Source: an uncultured Planctomycetia bacterium (lineage in GTDB: Bacteria; Omnitrophota; Gorgyraeia; Tantalellales; Tantalellaceae). Taken from it: a stretch of 64,000 nucleotides of DNA. The first letter of the stretch is position 1; every line of letters begins with the position of its first letter. The stretch is taken from the NCBI GenBank assembly GCA_964421015.1, contig CAYQUS010000007.1, positions 23,551-87,550 of the forward strand, written 5' to 3'. A program made the position numbers and the translations under genes. The notes under the pieces were generated by a model. That model had not been told where the DNA came from. It did not search any database and worked only from the letters and a program-made list of their open reading frames with translations. Positions 10,025-19,500 of this stretch are shown here, in pieces.

Positions 10025-10441
10025 CCCGCCGAATCCCGCTTTTAGGGAACCTTGGCGTCCCCGGGCAGAAAACGACATCGCTTTTTTCTATCGTTTGTCG
10101 GATCCTGCCCGGACAAGTTCTTGAGCGAGTTTTTCGAAAGAAAATTTATTTTCTTGAGAAAAGCGAGCGAAAGAACAGATAGTTTCGAAGAAACTATCTG
10201 CCAAGGGGAGCCCGCCGAATCCCCTTTCAAGCGAACCTTGGCGTCCCCGGGCAGAAAACGACATCGCTTCTATATTTCGTTTGTCGGATCCTGCCCGGAC
10301 AAGTTCTTGAGCGAGTTTTTCGAAAGAAAATTTATTTTCTTGAGAAAAGCGAGCGAAAGAACAGATAGTTTCGAAGAAACTATCTGCCAAGGGGAGCCCG
10401 CCGAATCCCCTTTCAAGCGAACCTTGGCGTCCCCGGGCAGA
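10025..10441. repeat. two tandem 186-bp direct repeats (10025-10210, 10211-10396) plus partial third unit merging into the tRNA-Arg 3' end
   Basis: Units are about 95% identical. Each carries the tRNA 3'-terminal 21-mer 'accttggcgtccccgggcaga' (10049-10069, 10235-10255, 10421-10441) and an 11-bp-stem hairpin 'cagatagtttc gaa gaaactatctg'. The repetitive translations in the ORF track (10052-10489, 10088-10390) are artefacts of this DNA repeat. Confidence 0.9.
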
Positions 10442-10500
10442 GTCGAACTGCCGCTCCCGGCTCCGGAGGCCGGTACTCTATCCATCTGAGCTACGGGGAC
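10425..10500 (-). tRNA. tRNA-Arg (anticodon CCG)
   Basis: Minus strand folds as a cloverleaf: GUCCCCG-UA-GCUC-AGAUGGAUA-GAGU-A-CCGGC-CUCCGGA-GCCGG-GAGC-GGCAG-UUCGACU-CUGCC-CGGGGAC-G-CCA. Acceptor 7 bp, D-arm 4 bp, anticodon loop CU-CCG-GA, T-loop UUCGACU, encoded CCA. Confidence 0.8.
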
Positions 10501-10571
10501 GCTAAATTTGGCCGTGATACAGGGTTTTGAAAAAACCTGTATCACGAACTTCAACCTTCCTTCAGCCAAAT

Positions 10572-10625
10572 TTATCCCCCCTGAATTGATTTGCGAGCAC
10601 AGCGAGCAAATCAAGGGGGGATAAA
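10572..10625 (-). terminator. probable terminator hairpin downstream of nrdG
   Basis: Imperfect palindrome 'ttatcccccc...gggggataaa' with a GC-rich stem, followed by an A/U-rich tract on the minus strand. A second palindrome, 'cgtgatacagggtttt g aaaaaacctgtatcacg', lies at 10510-10546 just upstream of the tRNA. Confidence 0.4.
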
Positions 10626-10677
10626 ACTTCCTATCTATAACTTCGGGCCGGTACCTCCCTCGCTTCGCTCTAAAAGA

Positions 10678-11370
10678 CTAGAACCCTCTTAGTTCCACCG
10701 TTTTTACGTATCTTCGGAGTATTTCAGCGAATCCACGGACAGTACTCTCCGGAAAAGGCTTTATTTTAGAGAATTCAGGGTCAAAAGTTATACCCGGCCT
10801 GAAAGACTGCAGACAATAACGCGAAGACCCTTTCAGGCTCTCACCTATCTCCTCGAAATCATCAGCGTCCACAATTCCGGGAACGCAGGTAGTCCTGAAC
10901 TCATATTCTATTCCTGAGTCCATGCACACTTTAGCGCTTTCCAGGACTTTGAGAGCCGCTCCTTTAAATCCGCTGAAACTGTCGTACTTGCAAAACGACG
11001 TCTTTATGTCCAATGCCAGATAGTTTAAAAAGCCCTTCGAGAGAAGTGTCTTAATGACAGCCGGATTAGACCCGTTAGTATCAAGTTTTATTTGGAGTCC
11101 GGTACGAGAGATCTCTTCGACAAGCCGGGGGAGTTCCACGCTGAAAGTGGGCTCTCCCCCGGTTATCACAACACCGTCAAGCTTACTTTTACGGTCCCTC
11201 AAATACCCAAGAACCTCTTCCTCAGTTACCTCAAAGGAACCTTCGGCGGGTATAAGGTCGGGGTTCTGGCAGTATCCGCATTTGAAGTTACACCCCTGCA
11301 GAAATATGACTGCGGCAAGTTTTCCCGGATAATCAACCAGGGATAACTTCTGTAATCCCGCAATTCTCAT
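10678..11370 (-). CDS. nrdG: anaerobic ribonucleoside-triphosphate reductase activating protein (radical SAM)
   Basis: 230 aa with CNFKCGYCQN (CxxxCxxC) near the N-terminus and VDYPGK. Immediately downstream of nrdD. Confidence 0.85.
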   Translation of the reverse strand: MRIAGLQKLSLVDYPGKLAAVIFLQGCNFKCGYCQNPDLIPAEGSFEVTEEEVLGYLRDRKSKLDGVVITGGEPTFSVELPRLVEEISRTGLQIKLDTNGSNPAVIKTLLSKGFLNYLALDIKTSFCKYDSFSGFKGAALKVLESAKVCMDSGIEYEFRTTCVPGIVDADDFEEIGESLKGSSRYCLQSFRPGITFDPEFSKIKPFPESTVRGFAEILRRYVKTVELRGF

Positions 11371-11515
11371 TCTTGCATCCCGCGGTAGAACCCTGTACTT
11401 CGAACTTTTTCCTGTCTTTGAACTCTTCCGCCTTGCCTTTGTTCCAGGACTGCACGGGACGGAAAAACCCCGTCACCCTGGAGAAAACCTCTACCTCACA
11501 TCTTGTTTCTTTCAT
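11333..11515 (-). CDS. stand-alone NrdD C-terminal glycyl-radical segment (60 aa)
   Basis: MKETRCEVEVFSRVTGFFRPVQSWNKGKAEEFKDRKKF matches the NrdD glycyl-radical motif (RVxGY/F...WNxGKxxE). It has its own GGAGG RBS 7 nt before the ATG, sits in a different frame from nrdD, and overlaps the nrdG start by 38 nt. Confidence 0.55.
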   Translation of the reverse strand: MKETRCEVEVFSRVTGFFRPVQSWNKGKAEEFKDRKKFEVQGSTAGCKNENCGITEVIPG

Positions 11516-11531
11516 TTGTTACCTCCCCCTC

Positions 11532-13538
11532 TTACTGTTTCCCCTCGTTGCCGTGACCGGAATGAGGACAGCAAAAATGTTCTCCCGGAATATAGCCGTG
11601 TTCCGAACAAATAGTGAAAGACGGCGTTATCGTGTAATACGGTATCCTGTAATTCTCGGCTATTCTTTTTACAAGCGCCTTACAGGTCTGCGGATCGTCT
11701 ATCCTCTCTCCAAGAAATATGTGGAACACTGTTCCCCCGGTGTACAGGGTCTGCACCTGATCCTGGTGATCAAGCGCCCCGAAAAGATCGTCTGTGAACT
11801 TGACCGGAAGATTCGAGGAATTAGTGTAATACGGTTCTTTTCCTCCCTGGGTGAAAATACCTGGGAACCGTTCCTTGTCTATTTTGGCCAGACGATACGT
11901 GGTTCCTTCTGCCGGTGTGGCCTCAAGATTGTACATGTTGCCGGTCTCTTCCTGAAAATCCACCATTCTTTCCCTTATGTAATTCAAAAGTTCTACGGCG
12001 AAATTCTTTCCTCTTTCCGTAGTTATATCCTCCTTAAGCAGATTCACGCAACCCTCGTTTACCCCGACAAGCCCTATGGTCGAAAAATGGTTGGACCAAT
12101 AGGAACCTCTCCTCTTCTTGATGTCGGCCAGATAATGCTTGGAATAAGGGTACAGTCCCTGCTCCGTAAGGTCCTCAAGTACCTTCCTCTTAACTTCCAG
12201 CGATTCCTTGGATATCCTGAGAAGCTCATCGAGCCCCTTGTAGAATTCCTCTCTTGTTCCCGACATATATGCGAGTCTCGGTATATTAAGAGTTACAACC
12301 CCTATGGACCCAGTGAGTGGATTGGCCCCGAAAAGACCGCCGCCTCTTTTTCTGAGCTCTCTGTTGTCAAGCCTGAGACGGCAGCACATACTCCGAGCGT
12401 CATCCGGGCTCATGTCGCTGTTTATGAAATTGGAGAAATAAGGTATACCGTATTTCGCCGTCATCTCCCAGAGCGGCCCAAGGTCGGGATTAGTCCAGTC
12501 GAAATCCTTTGTGACATTATACGTAGGTATGGGGAAAGAGAATATCCTGCCCTTGGCGTCTCCTTCTATCATAACTTCGCAGAAAGCCTTGTTTATAATA
12601 TCTGCCTCGTGCTGGAACTCCCGGTAGGTCTTATCCATTATCTGTCCGCCTATGACAACAGCCTCGCTGCCCAGCGACGGCGGTATCGTCATATCAAGAG
12701 TGATGTTCGTGAACGGCGTCTGGAATCCCACTCTTGTGGGAACGTTTATATTGAATATGAATTCCTGCATGTACTGCTTGACCTGGGCATAGGTAAGCTT
12801 ATCGTAATAAATGAAAGGAGCCAGCAAAGTGTCGAAATTAGAGAAAGCCTGCGCCCCGGCGGCCTCGCCCTGAAGCGTGTAGAAAAAATTCACTATCTGA
12901 CCCAGCGCCACCCTGAAATGTTTAGGCGGTTTGGATTCAACCTTTCCGTAGGCCCCGCCAAAACCCCTCGTAAGAAGGTCTTTAAGGTCCCACCCGCAGC
13001 AGTACGCGCTTATGGACCCGAGGTCGTGTATATGGATATCTCCCTCTATATGCCTCTCGGCCACTTCCCTCGAGTATATCCTGTCCAGCCAGTACTTATT
13101 GGAAACGGCTGTCGATATGAAATTGTTGAGGCCTTGAAGAGAATACCCCATATTGGCGTTCTCTTTGACCCTCCAGTCCCTCTGCTGTATGTAGTTGTCC
13201 ACCATATTGACCGCGTCGGAAAGAAGAGCTTTTGTCTGGCGCAGTTTAGCGTGCTGTTCGCGGTAAAGTATATAGGATTTGGCGGTCTTGGCGTGACCGT
13301 TCTCTATAAGTATTTTTTCCACCAGGTCCTGGACGTTTTCCACGGTGGGAACTCTCTCTCCCTTGTAGAGAACCTCCAGAAAGGAAATCGTCTGGCGGGT
13401 TATTTCCCTGGATTTTTCCTTATCTTCCCCTCCCACAGCCTTAGCTGCCGAGAACACAGCGTTTTCGATCTTATTGGGGTCAAAAGGCTCCAATCGCCCG
13501 TCTCTTTTTCTTATGAATTTGATGTCCGTGGGAAACAT
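11532..13538 (-). CDS. nrdD: anaerobic ribonucleoside-triphosphate reductase (class III), catalytic polypeptide lacking glycyl-radical tail
   Basis: 668 aa. N-terminal ATP-cone (KFIRKRDGRLEPFDPNKI), active-site region IHIHDLGSISAYCCGWDLKDLL, C-terminal metal site ICSEHGYIPGEHFCCPHSG. The ORF stops before the expected RVxGY glycyl-radical motif. Confidence 0.9.
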   Translation of the reverse strand: MFPTDIKFIRKRDGRLEPFDPNKIENAVFSAAKAVGGEDKEKSREITRQTISFLEVLYKGERVPTVENVQDLVEKILIENGHAKTAKSYILYREQHAKLRQTKALLSDAVNMVDNYIQQRDWRVKENANMGYSLQGLNNFISTAVSNKYWLDRIYSREVAERHIEGDIHIHDLGSISAYCCGWDLKDLLTRGFGGAYGKVESKPPKHFRVALGQIVNFFYTLQGEAAGAQAFSNFDTLLAPFIYYDKLTYAQVKQYMQEFIFNINVPTRVGFQTPFTNITLDMTIPPSLGSEAVVIGGQIMDKTYREFQHEADIINKAFCEVMIEGDAKGRIFSFPIPTYNVTKDFDWTNPDLGPLWEMTAKYGIPYFSNFINSDMSPDDARSMCCRLRLDNRELRKRGGGLFGANPLTGSIGVVTLNIPRLAYMSGTREEFYKGLDELLRISKESLEVKRKVLEDLTEQGLYPYSKHYLADIKKRRGSYWSNHFSTIGLVGVNEGCVNLLKEDITTERGKNFAVELLNYIRERMVDFQEETGNMYNLEATPAEGTTYRLAKIDKERFPGIFTQGGKEPYYTNSSNLPVKFTDDLFGALDHQDQVQTLYTGGTVFHIFLGERIDDPQTCKALVKRIAENYRIPYYTITPSFTICSEHGYIPGEHFCCPHSGHGNEGKQ

Positions 13539-13616
13539 TTTTTACCTCTCTTTTTTGCCTTTCGCTATTTTCCTTCCAAGAAAGCCGGCAGGCCTTACTT
13601 TAAGACAGCGTTCCAA

Positions 13617-13645
13617 AAGATACCATATGTTGTTGCCTTTGTCAA
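13617..13645 (-). promoter_or_regulatory. candidate sigma70 promoter for nrdD (TTGACA-17-TATCTT)
   Basis: Minus strand reads 'ttgaca aaggcaacaacatatgg tatctt' about 75 nt upstream of the nrdD ATG. The adjacent 13651-13667 'cacctatatattgtgtc' has one good NrdR-box half-site (tATaTwGTgt). Confidence 0.3.
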
Positions 13646-13792
13646 GTTAAGACACAATATATAGGTGAGGGCTTTTCTTCTGTTTTCTCTTTTAAAAACC
13701 CCACTCTGGGATTCTATTACGCCGCGCAAAGCCAATCAAGATTTTTATGAGATATTTTTTCCGTGGTTTTTTACTTTTTTTCTTGACACAAC

Positions 13793-15121
13793 CTACCCGC
13801 TCACCCTCTCGCGAAAAAGCTGACTGGAAGCGCTCTTCCCGGATCCGGGAAGAGCGCGGTAGATACTGAAAATGCCGTAAAAAAGGAACGCTGTGCCGAG
13901 AGATATGTTGATGTACCTGAAGTCCCCGATACCAGGCACGAATTTTGTTATATCAGTGCCGCTTGAAAGCGTAATCACGAAATACCCCGCGACATAGAAT
14001 ATCAATTCCTTGATTTTGCCGGCATAGACCCCCATAGCGAATATAAGAGCCAGAGGAATAACGAGGAACATGTAATACGCTTCCCATGATATCGGCGAAA
14101 AAACCACGGCTGTCGCCGCGAAAAAACTGACGACAAGATATTCGTAGAAAATCGGAGACTTTATTTTAAGCTCTTCTCGACGAACAAAGAAAAAACATAA
14201 CGATATCCCCAGCAGCAGAACACTAAAAAACGCTACAAGAGACTCCGGAGATAAAACCATGCTTTCCCCCGCAAGCCTGAGCGCTCCCACGGCAAGGGCA
14301 TACGAAAAAGACTGGTTCTTATAGTTCAATACCTGCGATGGTACCGACATGCCCATCATTTCGAGCCATTCTTTGTTAAGGTTCGCTGTTTCCCTGAATC
14401 CCACAAACGCGGCAGGTATAATGGCCAGAGCCAGCATGGCTATCGCCCACGCGGCCACGATTCGGTATCTTTTCTCCAGAATAAAAAATATCAAAAGAAC
14501 ACCGAAAAAAGGTTTCATCTGAAGGATCATCGCCAACAGTATCCCGGAAAAGACTTCTTTTCTTCCTATATAGGTCACAAATAGCAGTACCAGCAGGAAC
14601 ATTACCATGCCGTCGGTCTGCCCCTGGCATATCACCACAAGATAATAGCGTAGGGTTCCAAGGAACATAAGCCATAACATGACCGCCTTTTCCGCTTCTC
14701 CAAGTGAGAACCTTTCTTTGATGTGCCCGGACAGTATAAGAAGAGCGAAAAGCACAAGAGCATTCCCCAAAAGGAGCCATGCCGCCATGGCCAATCTCGG
14801 AAAAGGTATCTTCCCGAAAGGCGCCATAAAAAGAGCGGCGACCGGAGAGTATCTGAAGTGGTAAAACTTTTCTTCTTTGTCGTAAAGTTTCCTTACGGAA
14901 GGGTCATTTTCTTCCCGGCCAAGCGCTTTATCGGCCATGACGTTCCCGGCCAGCCAGTACACCTTGAAATCAGGCATACCTTCCCACCCCGCCTCCCCCC
15001 GGTACGGCGTGGTCTTTCTTGAAAGAAAACTTATATCTGCGGCAAGGGATATAATGACGAACGCGGCCAGGAAAATCGCGAAAGAACCCGTTATTTTTTT
15101 TATCGCGTCATTTATTCTCAT
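13793..15121 (-). CDS. polytopic membrane protein, DUF2029/GT87-like glycosyltransferase family
   Basis: 442 aa with about 11 predicted TM helices. Motif FRYSPVAALFMAPF resembles the conserved DUF2029 (GT-C fold) N-terminal loop. Start codon overlaps the mgtE stop (ATGA). Confidence 0.5.
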   Translation of the reverse strand: MRINDAIKKITGSFAIFLAAFVIISLAADISFLSRKTTPYRGEAGWEGMPDFKVYWLAGNVMADKALGREENDPSVRKLYDKEEKFYHFRYSPVAALFMAPFGKIPFPRLAMAAWLLLGNALVLFALLILSGHIKERFSLGEAEKAVMLWLMFLGTLRYYLVVICQGQTDGMVMFLLVLLFVTYIGRKEVFSGILLAMILQMKPFFGVLLIFFILEKRYRIVAAWAIAMLALAIIPAAFVGFRETANLNKEWLEMMGMSVPSQVLNYKNQSFSYALAVGALRLAGESMVLSPESLVAFFSVLLLGISLCFFFVRREELKIKSPIFYEYLVVSFFAATAVVFSPISWEAYYMFLVIPLALIFAMGVYAGKIKELIFYVAGYFVITLSSGTDITKFVPGIGDFRYINISLGTAFLFYGIFSIYRALPGSGKSASSQLFRERVSG

Positions 15122-16470
15122 TATCTAAAAATAAGAAAAGCTATGTGAAGGTAAACGAACAGCGAGATAATATCAACCATGCTTGATATGAAAGGCCCCG
15201 ACATAAGAGCGGGGTCCAGTTTCATTTTTTTAAAGAATATGGGAAGTATCCCTCCCAGCGTTGTGGCTACAAGCACCGTAACAACCATCGCCAGGGACAC
15301 CGTGGCGGCAAGACGAAGGGACTTGTTCATAATAACCGCCCTTGCGGCGGCCAGGGCGCCCATCGCAAGGCCTACAAGGAGCCCGGCAGCAAGTTCCTTT
15401 CGCATAACACGGAAAACATCCTTTATCTGTATTTCCCCCGTGGCCATTCCCCTTATGACCACCGTTGAAGACTGGGTTCCGGCGTTTCCGCCCGAGCCGC
15501 ACAGAAGAGGTATAAAAAACGCCAGGGCGACAACCGTCTCAAGCTGAACCGCGTAGCTTTCTATGACAAGTCCCGAGACAAAACCCATTATTACAAGCAC
15601 CATTAGCCAGAATATCCTTTTTCTCGCCACTGTGGTGGGTTTGGAGCCGAGATAGTCTATGTATTCTCCGGCCGCGCCGTACTTGTATATATCCTCCGTA
15701 TCTTCCTGAACTATTATATCCATAACGTCGTCATACGTAACTATTCCTACAAGCGTGTTCTGTTCGTCCACTACCGGAATAGCCAGAAGATCATAATCCG
15801 AAAGTTTCTGAGCCACTGCGGCCTCGTCCTCGTCAAGTTTCACGGAGATCACATTTGAACTCATTACTTCTCTGACCGTTTTTGAGGATTCGGATATTAT
15901 CAGGTCCTTCAGCGACACAAACCCTATCAGCTTTCGGTTCTCGTCGACCACATAAGTGTAATATATCGTTTCGCGGTTAAAAGCCTGCAGCTTGAGCTTT
16001 TCTATGGCCTGTTTAACCGTTATGTCCGGAGAAAGTGAGGCGTACTCCGTAGTAAGAACGGCTCCCGCCGTGCCTTCCTTATACTGTATAAGCCTCCGTA
16101 TATCGTTTCGTTCCGCCTGGGCCACAAGGGGGAGTATTTCCTCTGTTCTTTCTTTCGGAAGGGCTTTTATGAAGTCTACTCTTTCGTCCGGGGCCATCTC
16201 TTCAAGCACCCTGGCCATCCAGTCTTTGGGAAAAAATTTAAAAATATGCCTTTGCTGACGGATTCCGAAATGCTGGAAGAACTCTATTCCGAGAGGCCTT
16301 CCCAGCGCCATAACTATCTCTGCGTTATCATGGGCTTCCAGCCCTTCGCAGAGGAGGAAAATGTCCCTCGGATGGAACTCGGAAAACGCTTCGCGGAGCT
16401 TATCCGCGCGGTCGTCAAGGGCCATTATTTCCTTTATCTCGGGAGCTATTAAAGCGGCGCTGTTCTTCAT
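15121..16470 (-). CDS. mgtE: magnesium transporter MgtE
   Basis: 449 aa. N-terminal MgtE-N domain, tandem CBS domains, and a C-terminal 5-TM domain with the GNAGTQ signature (LLCGSGGNAGTQSSTVVIRGMATGE). RBS GGAGGAGG. Confidence 0.9.
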   Translation of the reverse strand: MKNSAALIAPEIKEIMALDDRADKLREAFSEFHPRDIFLLCEGLEAHDNAEIVMALGRPLGIEFFQHFGIRQQRHIFKFFPKDWMARVLEEMAPDERVDFIKALPKERTEEILPLVAQAERNDIRRLIQYKEGTAGAVLTTEYASLSPDITVKQAIEKLKLQAFNRETIYYTYVVDENRKLIGFVSLKDLIISESSKTVREVMSSNVISVKLDEDEAAVAQKLSDYDLLAIPVVDEQNTLVGIVTYDDVMDIIVQEDTEDIYKYGAAGEYIDYLGSKPTTVARKRIFWLMVLVIMGFVSGLVIESYAVQLETVVALAFFIPLLCGSGGNAGTQSSTVVIRGMATGEIQIKDVFRVMRKELAAGLLVGLAMGALAAARAVIMNKSLRLAATVSLAMVVTVLVATTLGGILPIFFKKMKLDPALMSGPFISSMVDIISLFVYLHIAFLIFR

Positions 16471-16496
16471 TTTATCACCTCCTCCGTCAAGGTCGT

Positions 16497-16524
16497 ATTA
16501 TACATCTCAACCGGCGCGTCTCAA
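16497..16524 (-). promoter_or_regulatory. candidate sigma70 promoter for mgtE (TTGAGA-16-TATAAT)
   Basis: Minus strand reads 'ttgaga cgcgccggttgagatg tataat' about 25 nt upstream of the mgtE ATG. The leader is only about 107 nt, too short for an M-box riboswitch, and none was recognised. Confidence 0.3.
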
Positions 16525-16577
16525 AGAAAAAAGACCCAGCATGAACTTGGCTCCGGCGACGGTCATATATCTCTCCG

Positions 16578-19500
16578 TTACGCCCTTACATCTATCTCTT
16601 TCTTCTGGATAATGTATGCCTTGGGATCAAACTTGACCGCCCGCGGGGTAAAGACATAAAACCTTTCGCTTATCTTCCTGAACTTAACGTTGGGATGCCT
16701 GGACTGGTCCAGAGATACCCCGAAAGCGGCGTTGAGGGCCATGGTCAGCATCTCTACTATTCTCCTGTAGGAATCGTCACTATATTCCGGCGGGGTCTCT
16801 ACCCCGGCAAAGAACGCTCCCGATGAACCGTCTTTTTCACGAAATTCGTCAAAAACACTTTCACCCAGTCCCTTAACATCGCCCAGTATCACAAAATTGG
16901 AATTCTCCGCTCCCGTTTCTCTTTTTACATCGCGCAGCGCTTTCGCAAGTTCCCTGCCGCCGTTTCTTCTTCTTACTACAACGTCTCCAAGGCCCCTTAT
17001 TCTGGATATGTAGTTTATCCTGTTTATAAGCCCCTGCAAGGCGGCAAGATGTTCAGGGGAATCAGGCATCAGGCCCATATCTATACCAACTACTATCTTT
17101 CCTGAATTTTTATCGGGTGAAAGCCGTATTTCTCCTATGCGGGCTATAAGGCTGTCCAAAAGATCTCTGGCAACAGCCGCTTCGGCCGCAAGATCAAGTT
17201 TTTCCTCTGTCATGGTGGCGCCTTGTTTCGGAGAAGAATGTTCTGTTTCACCTCTGGGCTTTTCCGCCGGATCCTCTTCTTTTCTAGTCTCCCTTCTTCT
17301 GTCGGCGTTTAAAAGGAAAAGCCTCAAGTCTTCTTCATCGGCTCTATTAAGCCAGTTATTCATAAAATCCCGGCCGCGGCCTATCATGGCCACCGCCATC
17401 ATCATTTTAAGATGAAAAGCGTCCAGCGTTTCTTCTCCCCTCGGCCCCATCAGAACGAACATAGCCTTTACCGGGTCGCTGCCTCCCGGGAAAATAACAC
17501 CTTCCTTCGATCTGACAATAACAATCTCATATTTTTTATCTTTAGGCAAAGCTATGTGCGGTATCGCCAATCCCGGACCTACAACGGTGCTTCCCTGAGA
17601 TTCCCTCTTTATGAACTTATCCAAAAGCTCATCCTTATCCATTCCCGTTCTAAGAGCCCCTTCCCTGGCTACCATTTCAAAGACCTCATCCCTTGTATGC
17701 GTTCCCTCTATGTCAAGGATAGGGCAGCTCGAGACCATCCTGTCGAAATCATCCTCTTTCTCTTTCTGGTCCTTAACCGCATCATCTTCCAGTTTTTTAG
17801 ATTCCTCGATGAATCCTTCTATCCTCGTTTCTATATCGGCCGCGTTCCCCGGGGACATGACCCTTATCTGGGCCCTGAGGGCCTTCATGAGCTCATCCTC
17901 AAGCCCTCTTCTGCCTTCCGCCCTGACCGGGGAAACAAGGCTTCTCACAAAAGCCTTTTCTTCGCCTAAAAGGCCGCTGGGGAAATTCCTTCCCGTTAAA
18001 AGGGTCTCTGCCTCGTTGATAAAGTCATCCCAGTACCCGAATTTAAGAGCGGTAAAGACAAGTTTGACCTGAAAATCATACGGCATGAGCCCGGCTCTAT
18101 CGTGCCCCTGAAGATCTTTTGTCGCCTTCTTGAGTTTTCTATAGGTCTTGTCGGCCATCTCGCTCATTCCCATCCCGCTGTATCGCGAGAGGAGGCTGTA
18201 ATTCAGCCAGAAAAGCTTGCGTATGTCTGACCTTACGGCGCTGAAATCTTCTCGGGCTATATCGAGCCTGCTCTGTATGCGGAAAGCCTCTTCCTCGTCC
18301 TTAAGTATCTCCTCCATGGAATTGGTGTTTTTTTCGATAAAGTCCAGTTTCATTCCTCTTGAAAGCCGCTTTCGTACCTCGCCTATATCCATAAGCGGGT
18401 CCAGGACGCTTCTCTCAAGAAAATGAAGGTTAAAATCGTCCGCCGCTCCCTGGAGACCCTCAAGATCCGTTCCTGACTTTAAAAGTGTTTCCTGTTTCTC
18501 CAGAAAACTCTCGCCTAGTTTGAGCAGAAAGGCAAGTTCTCTCATATGCTCTTCATTCCCAGAATCAAGACCGTCAAGGTACTCTTTGGAAATATAAAAA
18601 ACATGACGGCTCCGTCCCATCTGGAGAGGCCTCACGACGTTTTTATCTGGATCGGAAAAAAGGAGGCGTGTATCCATGTCCAGTTCCACAACAGAAGCTC
18701 TTTTTGTAAAAGTTTCCCTCACCGAAGTTGAAGCTGGATCGAAACTCTCCCACACCTTTATCGCCTTCTCTATCTTACCCGCGTTATCTGTCCATGTCCT
18801 GTCAGCGGGAATACTCTCGCCGTAATTTGTCATTATAGAAGACATGAAAACCGAATCCGGGCCGGCGTATATAAGACCCTTTGGATAGAGGTGAACAACG
18901 CTGTGGCCCGCCAGGTGATACGAAACTCCCTGCCTTGTAAAAGACAGTTCTCCGGCTGGACGGGTCGGTATAAATTCTTCGTAGAGGCGCTCCATTGCCC
19001 AGGAGATGCGCGCTCGCGTCTCTTCCCTGGTCTTTCTGAAGTCACTGAGTATAAGCTCTATCTCGTCCCTTTTTTCACGGAGCTTTATCACGGCATTTCT
19101 GCCGGCGCTCTCTGAGGCAAGATCAGAAAGAGGGTATTTCCATCCCCTTACCGTCAAAGCATCCTCTTCCATGTCGAACACAAGTTCTCCGGGACCAGCC
19201 TTTTCCTTTATTTCAGGACAGGCCAGGATTATTTCGGAATAAATGTCCTCCGGAACTTTCCACTCAAGTATATCAGAGAGCGAAAATTGTCTCCCCTGGG
19301 CCTCAAATATCTCCTCTCCCCTCTGGTAAATGCCCTTTTCCGCCTTAGTCCTGTACCCCGCGTCTTCGGGGAAAAATCCTCTTCTTACCAACTCCACGTA
19401 AAGGTCTTCCACCGTGGACTGCATGGCGTCTATATGTCCGGGGGTGCTGGTAATGAAAAACAACAGCACTCCGTAAGTGGATATCGAGCTCTGTTTGGTG

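Noticed and set aside
10025-10441. Possible CRISPR array
   Set aside because: The period is 186 bp, with near-identical units and no short repeat/unique spacer alternation. No cas genes are present.
10042-10614. Overlapping ORFs on both strands with internally duplicated protein sequences (for example 10052-10489)
   Set aside because: The duplication in the translation is caused by the tandem 186-bp DNA repeat and the tRNA gene. There is no RBS and no plausible protein features.
11373-13664. 763-aa plus-strand ORF
   Set aside because: Entirely antisense to the well-supported nrdD gene. Low-complexity, Cys/Arg-rich translation with no recognisable motifs. Classic shadow ORF.
16471-16577. Looked for an M-box (Mg) riboswitch upstream of mgtE
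   Set aside because: Only about 107 nt of leader, with a promoter about 25 nt from the ATG. No M-box-like conserved helices recognised.
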